Of a DNA stretch of 64,000 nt, positions 9,745 to 18,596 are shown piece by piece. The stretch's first letter is position 1; each line of letters begins with the position of its first letter. Both the position numbers and the translations under genes were made by a program. Source of the DNA: Akkermansia muciniphila (GTDB lineage Bacteria > Verrucomicrobiota > Verrucomicrobiia > Limisphaerales > SIAT01); contig CAMASG010000001.1 in assembly GCA_945860945.1 (NCBI GenBank), forward strand, positions 6,545 through 70,544, given 5' to 3'. The notes under the pieces are model-generated. The model had not been told where the DNA came from. It made no database searches and saw only the letters and a program-made list of their open reading frames with translations.

Positions 9745-10878
9745 TCACACAAGATGCCTATGTTTCTTCGACTCCGCGAGCTTTTTGACCAACTCCTTGA
9801 TCTTCTGCGCCTGACTCTTGTGAGCGACGAGCAGGGCGTCATCCGTCTGCACGATTATGGCGTCGCGCAATCCAACGACCGCGATGGGCGTGCGGGTTTT
9901 TGTGCGGGTGTCGAAGATGATGTTGCGCGCGGCGTCCACTTCCACGAAGTCCGCCACGGCGCAGTTTCCGGCAGCGTCGGCTTTGAGATGGCGCGCGAGC
10001 GCGGTCCACGAGCCGAGGTCGTCCCATGCGAAGCTGCCGTCGGCCACGATCACGTTCTGCGCTTTCTCCATCAGCGCGTAGTCGATGGAGATGCGTTTCG
10101 TCTCGGGATATTCCTTGGCCAGAACTTTCGCGAGCTTGCCCTTTGCCGCGGCGTTGAACCAGCGCTGGCAGGCGGCGAACATCTCCGGCTGATGTTTCTG
10201 CAATCCTTCGGTGATGGTCACGAAGCTCCAGACAAACATTCCCGCGTTCCAGCGATAGTGGCCGTCGTTCAGATATTCCACCGCGCGATCGAAGTTCGGT
10301 TTCTCGACGAATTGCTCGGCGCGTTGGAACAGGGTCTTGTAACCCTTCACGCCGTGCGGCGCGGGCAACGTCTCGCCGACGCGGATGTAGCCGTAGCCGG
10401 TATTCGGTTCGGTGGGCCGGATGCCGATGGTGACGATGGCCTGACCGCGCGTGGCCAGATCGAAGGCGTCCGCGAGAACTTGCTGGAACTTTTTCTCATC
10501 GGGGATGATGTGGTCGGCGGGCAGCACAGCCATCACGCCGGTCGTGGAGCGCGCCCCGACCAACGCCGCGCCGAGCGTGACCGCGGCGCACGTGTCGCGC
10601 CCGCACGGTTCGGCCACGATGTTTTCCTTCGGCAGCTTGGGCAGTTGTTTGCGAACTTCGCCGGCCTGCGCCTCGTTGGTGATGATGAGGATGTTCTTGA
10701 GCGGCACGAGCGGCGTGACGCGATCAACGGCGTGTTGAAGAAACGACTTCTTGTCGAGCAACGCGAGCAGTTGCTTGGGCGTCTTCTCGCGGCTCACGGG
10801 CCAGAAACGTTCGCCGCGCCCGCCGGCCATGATGACGACGAACCGGTCAGTTGAGGGGACGGCAGGTTTTGTTTTCAT
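9745..10878 (-). CDS. mannose-1-phosphate guanylyltransferase
   Basis: VIMAGGRGERFWPVSREKTPKQLL nucleotidyltransferase signature and GYGYI. ATG at 10878 is preferred; a GTG at 10893 is the alternative. Confidence 0.85.
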   Translation of the reverse strand: MKTKPAVPSTDRFVVIMAGGRGERFWPVSREKTPKQLLALLDKKSFLQHAVDRVTPLVPLKNILIITNEAQAGEVRKQLPKLPKENIVAEPCGRDTCAAVTLGAALVGARSTTGVMAVLPADHIIPDEKKFQQVLADAFDLATRGQAIVTIGIRPTEPNTGYGYIRVGETLPAPHGVKGYKTLFQRAEQFVEKPNFDRAVEYLNDGHYRWNAGMFVWSFVTITEGLQKHQPEMFAACQRWFNAAAKGKLAKVLAKEYPETKRISIDYALMEKAQNVIVADGSFAWDDLGSWTALARHLKADAAGNCAVADFVEVDAARNIIFDTRTKTRTPIAVVGLRDAIIVQTDDALLVAHKSQAQKIKELVKKLAESKKHRHLV

Positions 10879-10961
10879 CTGTTTTGAAGCCACGGACTGA
10901 ACACCAATGAAACACGGAATCCGTTCTGCGCGGAAGCCAGAAATTCCAAGTCAATCCGCCG

Positions 10962-11762
10962 TTAAACCGACTTCACAGCATCGACGAGCGATTTCACGAA
11001 CGCCGCAACTTTGGTCACGAGCTCGGCGTCTTTCCCGTGTTGCGCGATCTGGTTGACGATGGCGCTGCCGACGACCACCGCTTCGGCCGAAGCGGCGACG
11101 AGGCGCGCTTGATCGGGATTCGACACGCCGAAGCCGACCGCGATGGGCAGGGAAGTGTGCTGCCGGATGCGCGCGGTCATCTCGGTGATGTTGACCGCGA
11201 CCTTCGATTGCATTCCCGTCACGCCTTCGCGCGAGATGTAATAGATGAAGCCGTGGCCGCGCGGGACGATGAGCGCGATGCGGTCTTCGGGCGTGGTCGG
11301 TGCGACAAGATAAATGGGGCAGACACCGGCGTCGGCCATCAGCTTTTCGTAGTTCTCCGATTCCTCGGGCGGCAAATCGAGCACGAGTAATCCATCCACG
11401 CCCGCGCGCGCGGCATCTTGAATGAAGCGTTCCACGCCGACGCGATGGAGCAGGTTGAAATAGATGTAGAGGACGAGCGGGATCTGCGACTCGCGACGAA
11501 TGGCAGCGATGGCCTCCAACAATTTCGGCGGCGTGGTGCCGGAATCAAGCCCGCGTTGCGCGGCGAGCTGGTTCACCAAACCATCCGCCAGCGGATCGCT
11601 GAACGGCACGCCCAATTCGAGCACATCCACGCCCGCTTTGTCGAAGGCGATGGCGAGCTGACGCGTGGCTTCGAGATGCGGATCGCCCGCGCCGATGTAG
11701 GCGACGAAGCCTTTACGGCCTTCGGCTTTGAGCTTTGCGAAACGTTCCTCGATGCGGTTCAT
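10962..11762 (-). CDS. trpA: tryptophan synthase alpha chain
   Basis: 266 aa. ELGVPFSDPLADG and GFGVS motifs. No trpB lies adjacent. Confidence 0.95.
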   Translation of the reverse strand: MNRIEERFAKLKAEGRKGFVAYIGAGDPHLEATRQLAIAFDKAGVDVLELGVPFSDPLADGLVNQLAAQRGLDSGTTPPKLLEAIAAIRRESQIPLVLYIYFNLLHRVGVERFIQDAARAGVDGLLVLDLPPEESENYEKLMADAGVCPIYLVAPTTPEDRIALIVPRGHGFIYYISREGVTGMQSKVAVNITEMTARIRQHTSLPIAVGFGVSNPDQARLVAASAEAVVVGSAIVNQIAQHGKDAELVTKVAAFVKSLVDAVKSV

Positions 11763-11795
11763 CGGCGCGGAGTGTCGGGATTCAAGCGGCGCGAT

Positions 11796-12560
11796 TCAAG
11801 TTTGTTCGCCCGCGATGTGCGCTCGGTAAGCCAGTCGCAATCCTTCCAACGTGAGATCCGGAATGACGGCCGAAATCTCGGGGAGGTCGGACGCGATGAG
11901 CTTTGCATAACCGCCGGTGGCCACGACCGGCAACCGCGGCGCTTTCAATTCACGCCGAAGCCGTCCGATTAATTCACGCACCAATCCGCGATAGCCGTGC
12001 ACCGCGCCGGCGAGCATCGCTTGCTCCGTGTTGCGGCCGATAATCGAGCGCGGCTCGCGGATGCGGATGCGCGGGAGCAGCGCGGTCTTTTCGTGCAGAT
12101 AATCGGTCATCGCCGCCAATCCCGGTGCGATGATTCCGCCGACGTAGTTGCCGTGGCGGTCCACGACGTCGAACGTGACCGCTGTGCCGAAGTCCACGAC
12201 CACGACGGGCGCGCCGAAACGATGGCGCGCGGCGACCGCGTTGGCGAGACGATCGGGGCCGATGGTGTTCGGACGCGGGTAATCAATGCCGACACCGCGC
12301 AACGTGGCGGGCGTGAGCACGAAGCAATCCATCTGCCACGCGCTACCGACGAACTGCACGGCGCGCGGTGTGGCGCTCGGCACCACGCTACACAATGCTG
12401 CGCCGCGGATCTTCGCGCGACCGGCGAACTTGGCGACGAGCCGGTCCGCGGTGCCGTCGGCCCACGCGCTAGTGGAAATATTGGCGACCTTCGTTACGCG
12501 CTCCTCATTCGCTAGGCCGAGGTGCGTGTGTGTGTTGCCGATGTCGAAGAGAAGAATCAT
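11796..12560 (-). CDS. coaX: type III pantothenate kinase
   Basis: MILLFDIGNTHTHLG N-terminus and VDFGTA motif. Its ATG directly abuts the birA stop codon (TAA-ATG, zero spacer). Confidence 0.9.
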   Translation of the reverse strand: MILLFDIGNTHTHLGLANEERVTKVANISTSAWADGTADRLVAKFAGRAKIRGAALCSVVPSATPRAVQFVGSAWQMDCFVLTPATLRGVGIDYPRPNTIGPDRLANAVAARHRFGAPVVVVDFGTAVTFDVVDRHGNYVGGIIAPGLAAMTDYLHEKTALLPRIRIREPRSIIGRNTEQAMLAGAVHGYRGLVRELIGRLRRELKAPRLPVVATGGYAKLIASDLPEISAVIPDLTLEGLRLAYRAHIAGEQT

Positions 12561-13535
12561 TTATTTCTCCACCGTTACGTCTCCACCGATCACGCGCTCG
12601 AGTCGGCCGTGCTCCGTGCGCAGGAGCAGCGCGCCGCTTTCATCGAGCGCTTCGGCGCGACCGCGGAGCGCGCGGTCGCCGAGTCGGATGGTGACCAACT
12701 GGCCGAGCGTCGTGCAACGCTGCGCCCATTCGTCGGCGACGGCGGTGAATTCTCCGCGCAGGATGCGCGCGTACTCGCGATCCAACTCTTGGAGGATGGC
12801 CGCCGCAAGTTCGGGGCGGGGGATGAGTCGTCCAGTCGCGATGCGGAGCGACGTGGCGATCTTGCCCAACTCGCTGGGGAACTCGTCGCTGGCGAGGTTC
12901 ACGTCCACGCCGATACCGAGGATGATATATTTCACGTGATCCAGTTCGGCGCTCAGTTCCGTAAGGATACCGCAGACCTTCTTGCTGCCGATCATGAGGT
13001 CGTTCGGCCACTTGATCTCAGGCGTGACGCCCGTCTGCTGCTGGATGGCGCGGGCGACCGCAGTGGCGGCGGCCACGGTGAGTTGAGTCGCTTCCTGCGG
13101 GCGTAAATCTGGCCGGAGGAGGATGGAGAACCAAAGCCCTTTGCCCGCGGGAGAAAGCCACTGACGTCCGAGACGGCCGCGGCCTTTGCTCTGCGCTTCG
13201 GCGAAGACGACGACGCCCTCAGCCACACCGTCGCGTGCGAGCTTCTCGACGACATCGTTGGTCGAATTGGTTTCTTGGAAGACGCGGATGTCGCGGCCGA
13301 TGACATCCATCGGTCCGAGACGCGCCATCAAGTCGTCGGCGAGCAGGCGGTCGGGTGCTGTGATCAAACAGTAGCCTCGGTGCGGGCTCGCCTCGATCTC
13401 GAAACCGGACTCGCGCAGTTCTTCGATGTGCGCCCAGATGGCAGCGCGGCTCATGCCGAACCGGAGTGCGAGGTCCGCGCCGGAGACGCCGTCCTGCTGA
13501 CGGAGAGCGGCGAGGATTTGCGCGGCGACATTCAT
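12561..13535 (-). CDS. birA: bifunctional biotin operon repressor / biotin-[acetyl-CoA-carboxylase] ligase
   Basis: N-terminal wHTH domain, the QSKGRGRLGRQW biotin-ligase motif and KWPNDL. Confidence 0.9.
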   Translation of the reverse strand: MNVAAQILAALRQQDGVSGADLALRFGMSRAAIWAHIEELRESGFEIEASPHRGYCLITAPDRLLADDLMARLGPMDVIGRDIRVFQETNSTNDVVEKLARDGVAEGVVVFAEAQSKGRGRLGRQWLSPAGKGLWFSILLRPDLRPQEATQLTVAAATAVARAIQQQTGVTPEIKWPNDLMIGSKKVCGILTELSAELDHVKYIILGIGVDVNLASDEFPSELGKIATSLRIATGRLIPRPELAAAILQELDREYARILRGEFTAVADEWAQRCTTLGQLVTIRLGDRALRGRAEALDESGALLLRTEHGRLERVIGGDVTVEK

Positions 13536-13542
13536 CAGCGCG

Positions 13543-14400
13543 TCAATTGTGCTCGAAGTCCAACGCGATGTCCACCGAGCGCGCCGAGTGGGTGAGTGCG
13601 CCGACGGAGATGTAATCCACGCCCGTGTTCGCGATGGCGCTTACGGTTTGCAAAGTGATCCCGCCGCTCGCCTCGGTGCGCGCTTTCCCGGCAATCAGCA
13701 CGACAGCTTGACGCAACTGCACGAGCGTCATGTTGTCGAGCAGGATGATATCGGCGCCGGCCTCGACCGCCTGCCGCACTTGCTCGAGCGTATCGGCCTC
13801 CACCTCGACCTTCAGCTCTGGGAATTGATCGCGCGCGTTCAGCACGGCTGCGGTGATGGCGTTGGGCATCTCATCTCTCAACGCGGCGAGATGGTTGTCC
13901 TTGATCAGGATCTGATCATAAAGGCCGAACCGATGGTTCGCGCCGCCGCCGCAGGCCACCGCATACTTCTCGAAGCGCCGGAGACCGGGCGTGGTCTTGC
14001 GCGTGTCGAGAATCTTCGCGCGTGTGCCGCGGATGGCCTCGACGAACTGCGCGGTGAGCGTGGCGATGCCTGAGAGTCGCTGCACGAAATTCAGGGCGAC
14101 GCGTTCTGCGGTGAGCAACGCGCGCGTTGGACCGTGGGCGCGCAGCAAAACGGTGCCCTTCTCGACCCGGTTACCGTCATCCACCATTCGCTGCAGCTTC
14201 ACCTCCGGCGAAAGTTCGCGGAAGGCCGCCTCTGCTAACGCCAACCCGCAGACGATGAGCGGTTCGCGCGCGATCATCACGGCCCGCGCGGTGGATTCCG
14301 CGGGGATGGTCGCCTGCGTGGTGGCGTCGCCGGGGCCGATATCCTCGGCCAGCGCCGCCAGCACCGCGTCGCGGACATTCTCACTCGTGAGCGCTTCCAT
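13543..14400 (-). CDS. nadC: nicotinate-nucleotide pyrophosphorylase (carboxylating)
   Basis: LLTAERVALNF, RKTTPGLR and IKDNH motifs. The start is set at the internal ATG (MEALTSE...). Confidence 0.9.
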   Translation of the reverse strand: MEALTSENVRDAVLAALAEDIGPGDATTQATIPAESTARAVMIAREPLIVCGLALAEAAFRELSPEVKLQRMVDDGNRVEKGTVLLRAHGPTRALLTAERVALNFVQRLSGIATLTAQFVEAIRGTRAKILDTRKTTPGLRRFEKYAVACGGGANHRFGLYDQILIKDNHLAALRDEMPNAITAAVLNARDQFPELKVEVEADTLEQVRQAVEAGADIILLDNMTLVQLRQAVVLIAGKARTEASGGITLQTVSAIANTGVDYISVGALTHSARSVDIALDFEHN

Positions 14401-14481
14401 AGAGACAACTTGCCGCAGGCGGGCCGCCGGATGAAGTAAAAAGAGCTTCCAGTCCTTCGCGCCGCGAGCGTAAATCAAGCC

Positions 14482-15192
14482 ATGCAATCTTTACTATCGC
14501 GTCCCTTCGCCTTTGTTCCAGCCGTTCTCGCCTCGGTTTTCCTCGCCTTGACCGCGCCGTCGCAGCCGCAAACGCCTCCGGTTGGATCGCCGGCCGCAAC
14601 GGCCTCCGCCAAGTGGGAGAAGGACATCGCCGCCTTCGAGGCGCGCGATAAGACGAACGCGCCGCCGAAGAACGCGATTCTTTTCATCGGCAGTTCGAGC
14701 ATCCGCCTCTGGAAGACGCTCGCGCAGGATCTTCCCGGGCATCAAGTCATCAACCGCGGCTTCGGTGGATCGCAGATGATCGATTCGGTGGCGTTCGCCG
14801 AGCGCATCGTCCTCCCTTACGAGCCGAAGCTCATCGTGGTGTACGCGGGCGGCAACGACATCAACGCGAAGAAATCGCCCGAGCAGGTGCTGGCGGACTT
14901 CAAGACGTTCGTGGGAAAAGTCCGCGCGAAGCTGCCGAAGACGCGGATCGCCTTCATCTCGATTGCCGGCAACCCGGCGCGCTGGGCCCAGATCGAATCG
15001 GTGCGCGCCGCGAACAAGCTCGTCGCCGACTTCTGCAAGAGCGGCGACAACCTCGATTACATCGACACCCACTCGCAGATGCTCGGAGCCGCCGGCCAAC
15101 CGCTGCCGGACATCTTTGTGGCCGACCGCCTGCACATGAACGAGAAGGGCTACGCCATCTGGAAACGCGTCGTCACGCCGCATCTGAAGTGA
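14482..15192 (+). CDS. secreted SGNH/GDSL-family hydrolase
   Basis: Signal peptide, then block I FIGSSSI, block III GGND and block V DRLHMN. Confidence 0.8.
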   Translation: MQSLLSRPFAFVPAVLASVFLALTAPSQPQTPPVGSPAATASAKWEKDIAAFEARDKTNAPPKNAILFIGSSSIRLWKTLAQDLPGHQVINRGFGGSQMIDSVAFAERIVLPYEPKLIVVYAGGNDINAKKSPEQVLADFKTFVGKVRAKLPKTRIAFISIAGNPARWAQIESVRAANKLVADFCKSGDNLDYIDTHSQMLGAAGQPLPDIFVADRLHMNEKGYAIWKRVVTPHLK

Positions 15193-15279
15193 AGCGCCCA
15201 TCGGCCGCGGTCCCGCTACAATCGTAAAGCCGCAGAGATTCTTGCTGAATTTGCCGCGCCGTTTTGGCATCCTACTGAC

Positions 15280-16236
15280 ATGGCCAACATTCTGAAGCGT
15301 CCCGCTGGATGGATTCCTGAACGACTCGTCACGCCCGAGGCGGCCTGGCGCGATCGCCGCCGCTTCCTCAAACAGATGGGCCTGACCGGTGCGGGCATTC
15401 TCGCCGCCTCACCTCTCCTTGCCGCCGACGCGAAGCCGGCCGTCAAGACCGCGACGAAGAAATACCCCGCCAAGCGCAACCCCGAGTACGATCCGAAGTG
15501 GCAGCTCTCCGACGAGCGGTTCGTGGCCACGTACAACAACTATTACGAGTTCACCTCGCAGAAGGAATTCGTCCACAAGCTCGTCGGCAACTTCGTGACC
15601 GACCCGTGGACGATTGAGATCGGTGGTCTTGTCGAGAAGCCGCTCAAGCTCGACGTGCGCGAGTTGGTGGAGATGTTCGACCTCGAGGAGCGCGTCTGCC
15701 GTTTCCGCTGCGTCGAGGCGTGGGCGATGGTTGTGCCGTGGACCGGCTTCACTCTTTCCAAGCTTCTCGAGAAAGTGCAGCCCAAGGCCGAGGCGAAGTT
15801 CGTCAAATTCCAGACGGCGATGCGGCCCGACCAGATGCCCGGCATCCAGCGCCTGCGTGGATACCCGTGGCCGTACACCGAGGGACTGCGGCTGGATGAG
15901 GCGATGCACCCGCTCACCCTCGTGGCCACCGGCCTCTATGGGAAACCACTCTTCAAGCAGAACGGCGCGCCGCTCCGGCTCGTCGTGCCGTGGAAGTACG
16001 GCTACAAGAGCATCAAGTCTATCGTGAAGATCGAGCTGACCCGCGAGCAGCCCAAGACGCTCTGGGAAACGCTCTCGCCGGAAGAGTATCCCTTCGAATC
16101 GAACGTGAATCCCGCCCTGCCGCACCCGCGCTGGAGCCAGGCATTCGAGCGGATGATCGACACCGGCGCCCGTGAACGCACCACGCCGTACAACGGCTAC
16201 GGCGATCAGATGGCTAAGCTGTACAAGAAAAGTTGA
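15280..16236 (+). CDS. msrP: protein-methionine-sulfoxide reductase catalytic subunit MsrP (YedY, molybdopterin)
   Basis: Tat signal RRRFLKQMGLTGAG, YNNYYEF and CVEAW motifs; 318 aa. Confidence 0.9.
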   Translation: MANILKRPAGWIPERLVTPEAAWRDRRRFLKQMGLTGAGILAASPLLAADAKPAVKTATKKYPAKRNPEYDPKWQLSDERFVATYNNYYEFTSQKEFVHKLVGNFVTDPWTIEIGGLVEKPLKLDVRELVEMFDLEERVCRFRCVEAWAMVVPWTGFTLSKLLEKVQPKAEAKFVKFQTAMRPDQMPGIQRLRGYPWPYTEGLRLDEAMHPLTLVATGLYGKPLFKQNGAPLRLVVPWKYGYKSIKSIVKIELTREQPKTLWETLSPEEYPFESNVNPALPHPRWSQAFERMIDTGARERTTPYNGYGDQMAKLYKKS

Positions 16237-16298
16237 GAAGCGCGCCGTTGGATTTGCAGGTTTGATTTGGACTCCGCCGACCTTCAGCGAAAGCGGGA

Positions 16299-16859
16299 TT
16301 GAAAAACGCCGCTGACTCTTCCATTCTCGGTCTCGTGCGCTTGGCATTCCTCATCCTTGTCTCCGTTTGCGTTGCGCTTGGCTGTGGTAAACCTTCGTCC
16401 CCGCCGACTTCCGTTGCCGCGGCGAATGTGTCCGCCGCCGCTGCCGTTAATCAGCCGCAACCGAAGTTGCTTACGATCAAACTCTGGATTGGCGCGCAGG
16501 AGTTGGTGACCGAAATCGCCGGCACGCCCGCCGAACACGAGCGCGGGATGATGTTCCGCAAACAGATGGGCGAGCAGGAGGGAATGATTTTCATTTTTCC
16601 GCAGCCCAAACGCACCGCGTTCTGGATGAAGAATACGCTCGTGCCGCTCACCGCTGCCTACATCGGTAGCGACGGCGTGGTGCTCGAACTGCACGATCTC
16701 AAGCCGCTCGATGAGACGCCCGCCACGGCCGCGAGCGACCAAGTGCGCTACGTGCTCGAGGTGCCGCAGGGTTGGTTCGCGCGCCACAAGCTCGGCGTCG
16801 GTACGCTCATTCGCGCCGAGCGCGGTTCGCTCTCGGAAACCTTTTTCGGCACGCGGTGA
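16299..16859 (+). CDS. DUF192-domain lipoprotein
   Basis: Lipobox LGC, then the GMMFR...GMIFIF...FWMKNT pattern typical of DUF192. Its TGA stop overlaps the GTG start of nadE (GTGA). Confidence 0.75.
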   Translation: MKNAADSSILGLVRLAFLILVSVCVALGCGKPSSPPTSVAAANVSAAAAVNQPQPKLLTIKLWIGAQELVTEIAGTPAEHERGMMFRKQMGEQEGMIFIFPQPKRTAFWMKNTLVPLTAAYIGSDGVVLELHDLKPLDETPATAASDQVRYVLEVPQGWFARHKLGVGTLIRAERGSLSETFFGTR

Positions 16860-18496
16860 AACTCGCGCTCGCCCAAATCAACACCACCGTCGGCGACCTC
16901 GCTGGAAACGAGGCGCGCATTCTTGATGCCTATCGGCGCGGCTCCGCGGCCGGCGCGGAGTTGGTGATTTGTCCGGAGCTGGCCACCACCGGTTATCCGC
17001 CGCGCGATCTGCTTCTCAAGAGCGGTTTCATTTCTGGAAATCTCGCCGTGCTGAATCGCTTGGCGGCGGCGACGAATCAAACCGGTCTCGTCGTTGGCTT
17101 CGTCGGCGAAAATCAGAAACGCCCCGGCCGTGAAGCGACGAATTCGGTCGCTCTGCTGCAGCACGGAAAGATTGTAGCCACGCGGTCGAAGATGTTGCTG
17201 CCGACCTACGACGTGTTCGATGAAGACCGTTATTTCGAACCAGCGGAGACGAACGCGCCGGTTGAGTTCAACGGCCGTAAAATCGGTCTGACAGTCTGCG
17301 AGGATTTTTGGAACGACGAGGATTTCTGGCGCGATCGGCGTTACCGCCGCAATCCGGCGACAGAACTGGCCGCAGCGGGCGCAGAACTGCTCATGAACGT
17401 TTCCGCTTCGCCGTGGCACATCGGCAAGGACGCCACGCGCGTGACGATGCTCGCTAGCCTCGCGGCGAAAACGCATCGGCCCATCATTTATTGCAACCTC
17501 GTCGGCGGGAATGACGAGTTGGTGTTCGACGGCGCGAGTCTCGCGTTCGATGCAACGGGCCGGGTGGTCGCACGTGGAAAGTCGTTCGAGGAAGATTTGG
17601 TTCTGCTGGACACTGACGCGTTGCAGCCGATTCCAGCTGCAGCCTGTGTAGATGAAGAACGACTGCATCAGGCGCTTCTGGTTGGCACGCGTGATTATCT
17701 GTACAAGTGCGGATTCAAGTCCGTCGTGCTTGGCCTCAGTGGCGGCATTGATTCTGCGGTCGTCGCCTGTCTCGCCGTCGCCGCATTGGGCGCGGAGAAC
17801 GTGCGAGGTGTCTCGATGCCGTCGCAGTTTTCCTCGCAGGGCAGCCGTGATGACGCGCGTATTTTGGCCGAGCGCCTCGGCATTCGTTACGACGTCGTTC
17901 CGATTCAAAGCGCCTTCGCCACGTTGAAAGACGAACTGAAAGGCATCTTCGCCGGCCGTCCCGAAGACACGGCCGAGGAGAATTTACAGGCGCGGTTGCG
18001 CGGCGTGATTTTGATGGCGCTCTCGAACAAGTTCGGTTCGCTCGTGCTCACCACCGGCAACAAGAGCGAGCTGGCCGTCGGCTACTGCACGCTTTATGGC
18101 GACATGTGCGGCGGGCTCGCGGTCATCAGCGATGTGCCAAAGACGATGGTTTATCGTCTCGCGAAATGGATCAACCGCGAGCGCGAAATCATCCCGGCCG
18201 CCTCCATCACCAAGCCCCCGTCGGCCGAGTTGCGGCCGGATCAGACCGACCAAGACTCCCTGCCGTCCTACGATTTGCTCGACGCGATTTTGGAGGAATA
18301 TGTCGTGAAGCAACGCTCGGCGGAGGAGATTATCCGCGCTGGTTTCGATGCCGAAACGGTGCGTCGCGTGGTGCGGTTGATCGATCAGAATGAATACAAA
18401 CGCCGGCAAGCCGCGCCCGGACTGAAGGTGACGACGAAAGCTTTTGGTGTCGGCCGACGGATTCCGATTGCCCAGCGGTTTCGGGAAGACGTTTGA
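16856..18496 (+). CDS. nadE: glutamine-dependent NAD+ synthetase (CN-hydrolase + NAD synthetase domains)
   Basis: KLALAQINTTVGD nitrilase-like N-terminus and the LGLSGGIDSAV PP-loop. The start is set at GTG 16856 rather than the longer track ORF. Confidence 0.9.
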   Translation: MKLALAQINTTVGDLAGNEARILDAYRRGSAAGAELVICPELATTGYPPRDLLLKSGFISGNLAVLNRLAAATNQTGLVVGFVGENQKRPGREATNSVALLQHGKIVATRSKMLLPTYDVFDEDRYFEPAETNAPVEFNGRKIGLTVCEDFWNDEDFWRDRRYRRNPATELAAAGAELLMNVSASPWHIGKDATRVTMLASLAAKTHRPIIYCNLVGGNDELVFDGASLAFDATGRVVARGKSFEEDLVLLDTDALQPIPAAACVDEERLHQALLVGTRDYLYKCGFKSVVLGLSGGIDSAVVACLAVAALGAENVRGVSMPSQFSSQGSRDDARILAERLGIRYDVVPIQSAFATLKDELKGIFAGRPEDTAEENLQARLRGVILMALSNKFGSLVLTTGNKSELAVGYCTLYGDMCGGLAVISDVPKTMVYRLAKWINREREIIPAASITKPPSAELRPDQTDQDSLPSYDLLDAILEEYVVKQRSAEEIIRAGFDAETVRRVVRLIDQNEYKRRQAAPGLKVTTKAFGVGRRIPIAQRFREDV

Positions 18497-18596
18497 TTTC
18501 TTGGATTTCTGACGAAACCACAACTAATTGTGGTTGTGAATAAGTGGTGCCACAAAATACTTGATAGCGCGGCTTCGGCGGTTAGCTTCGAAGCCA

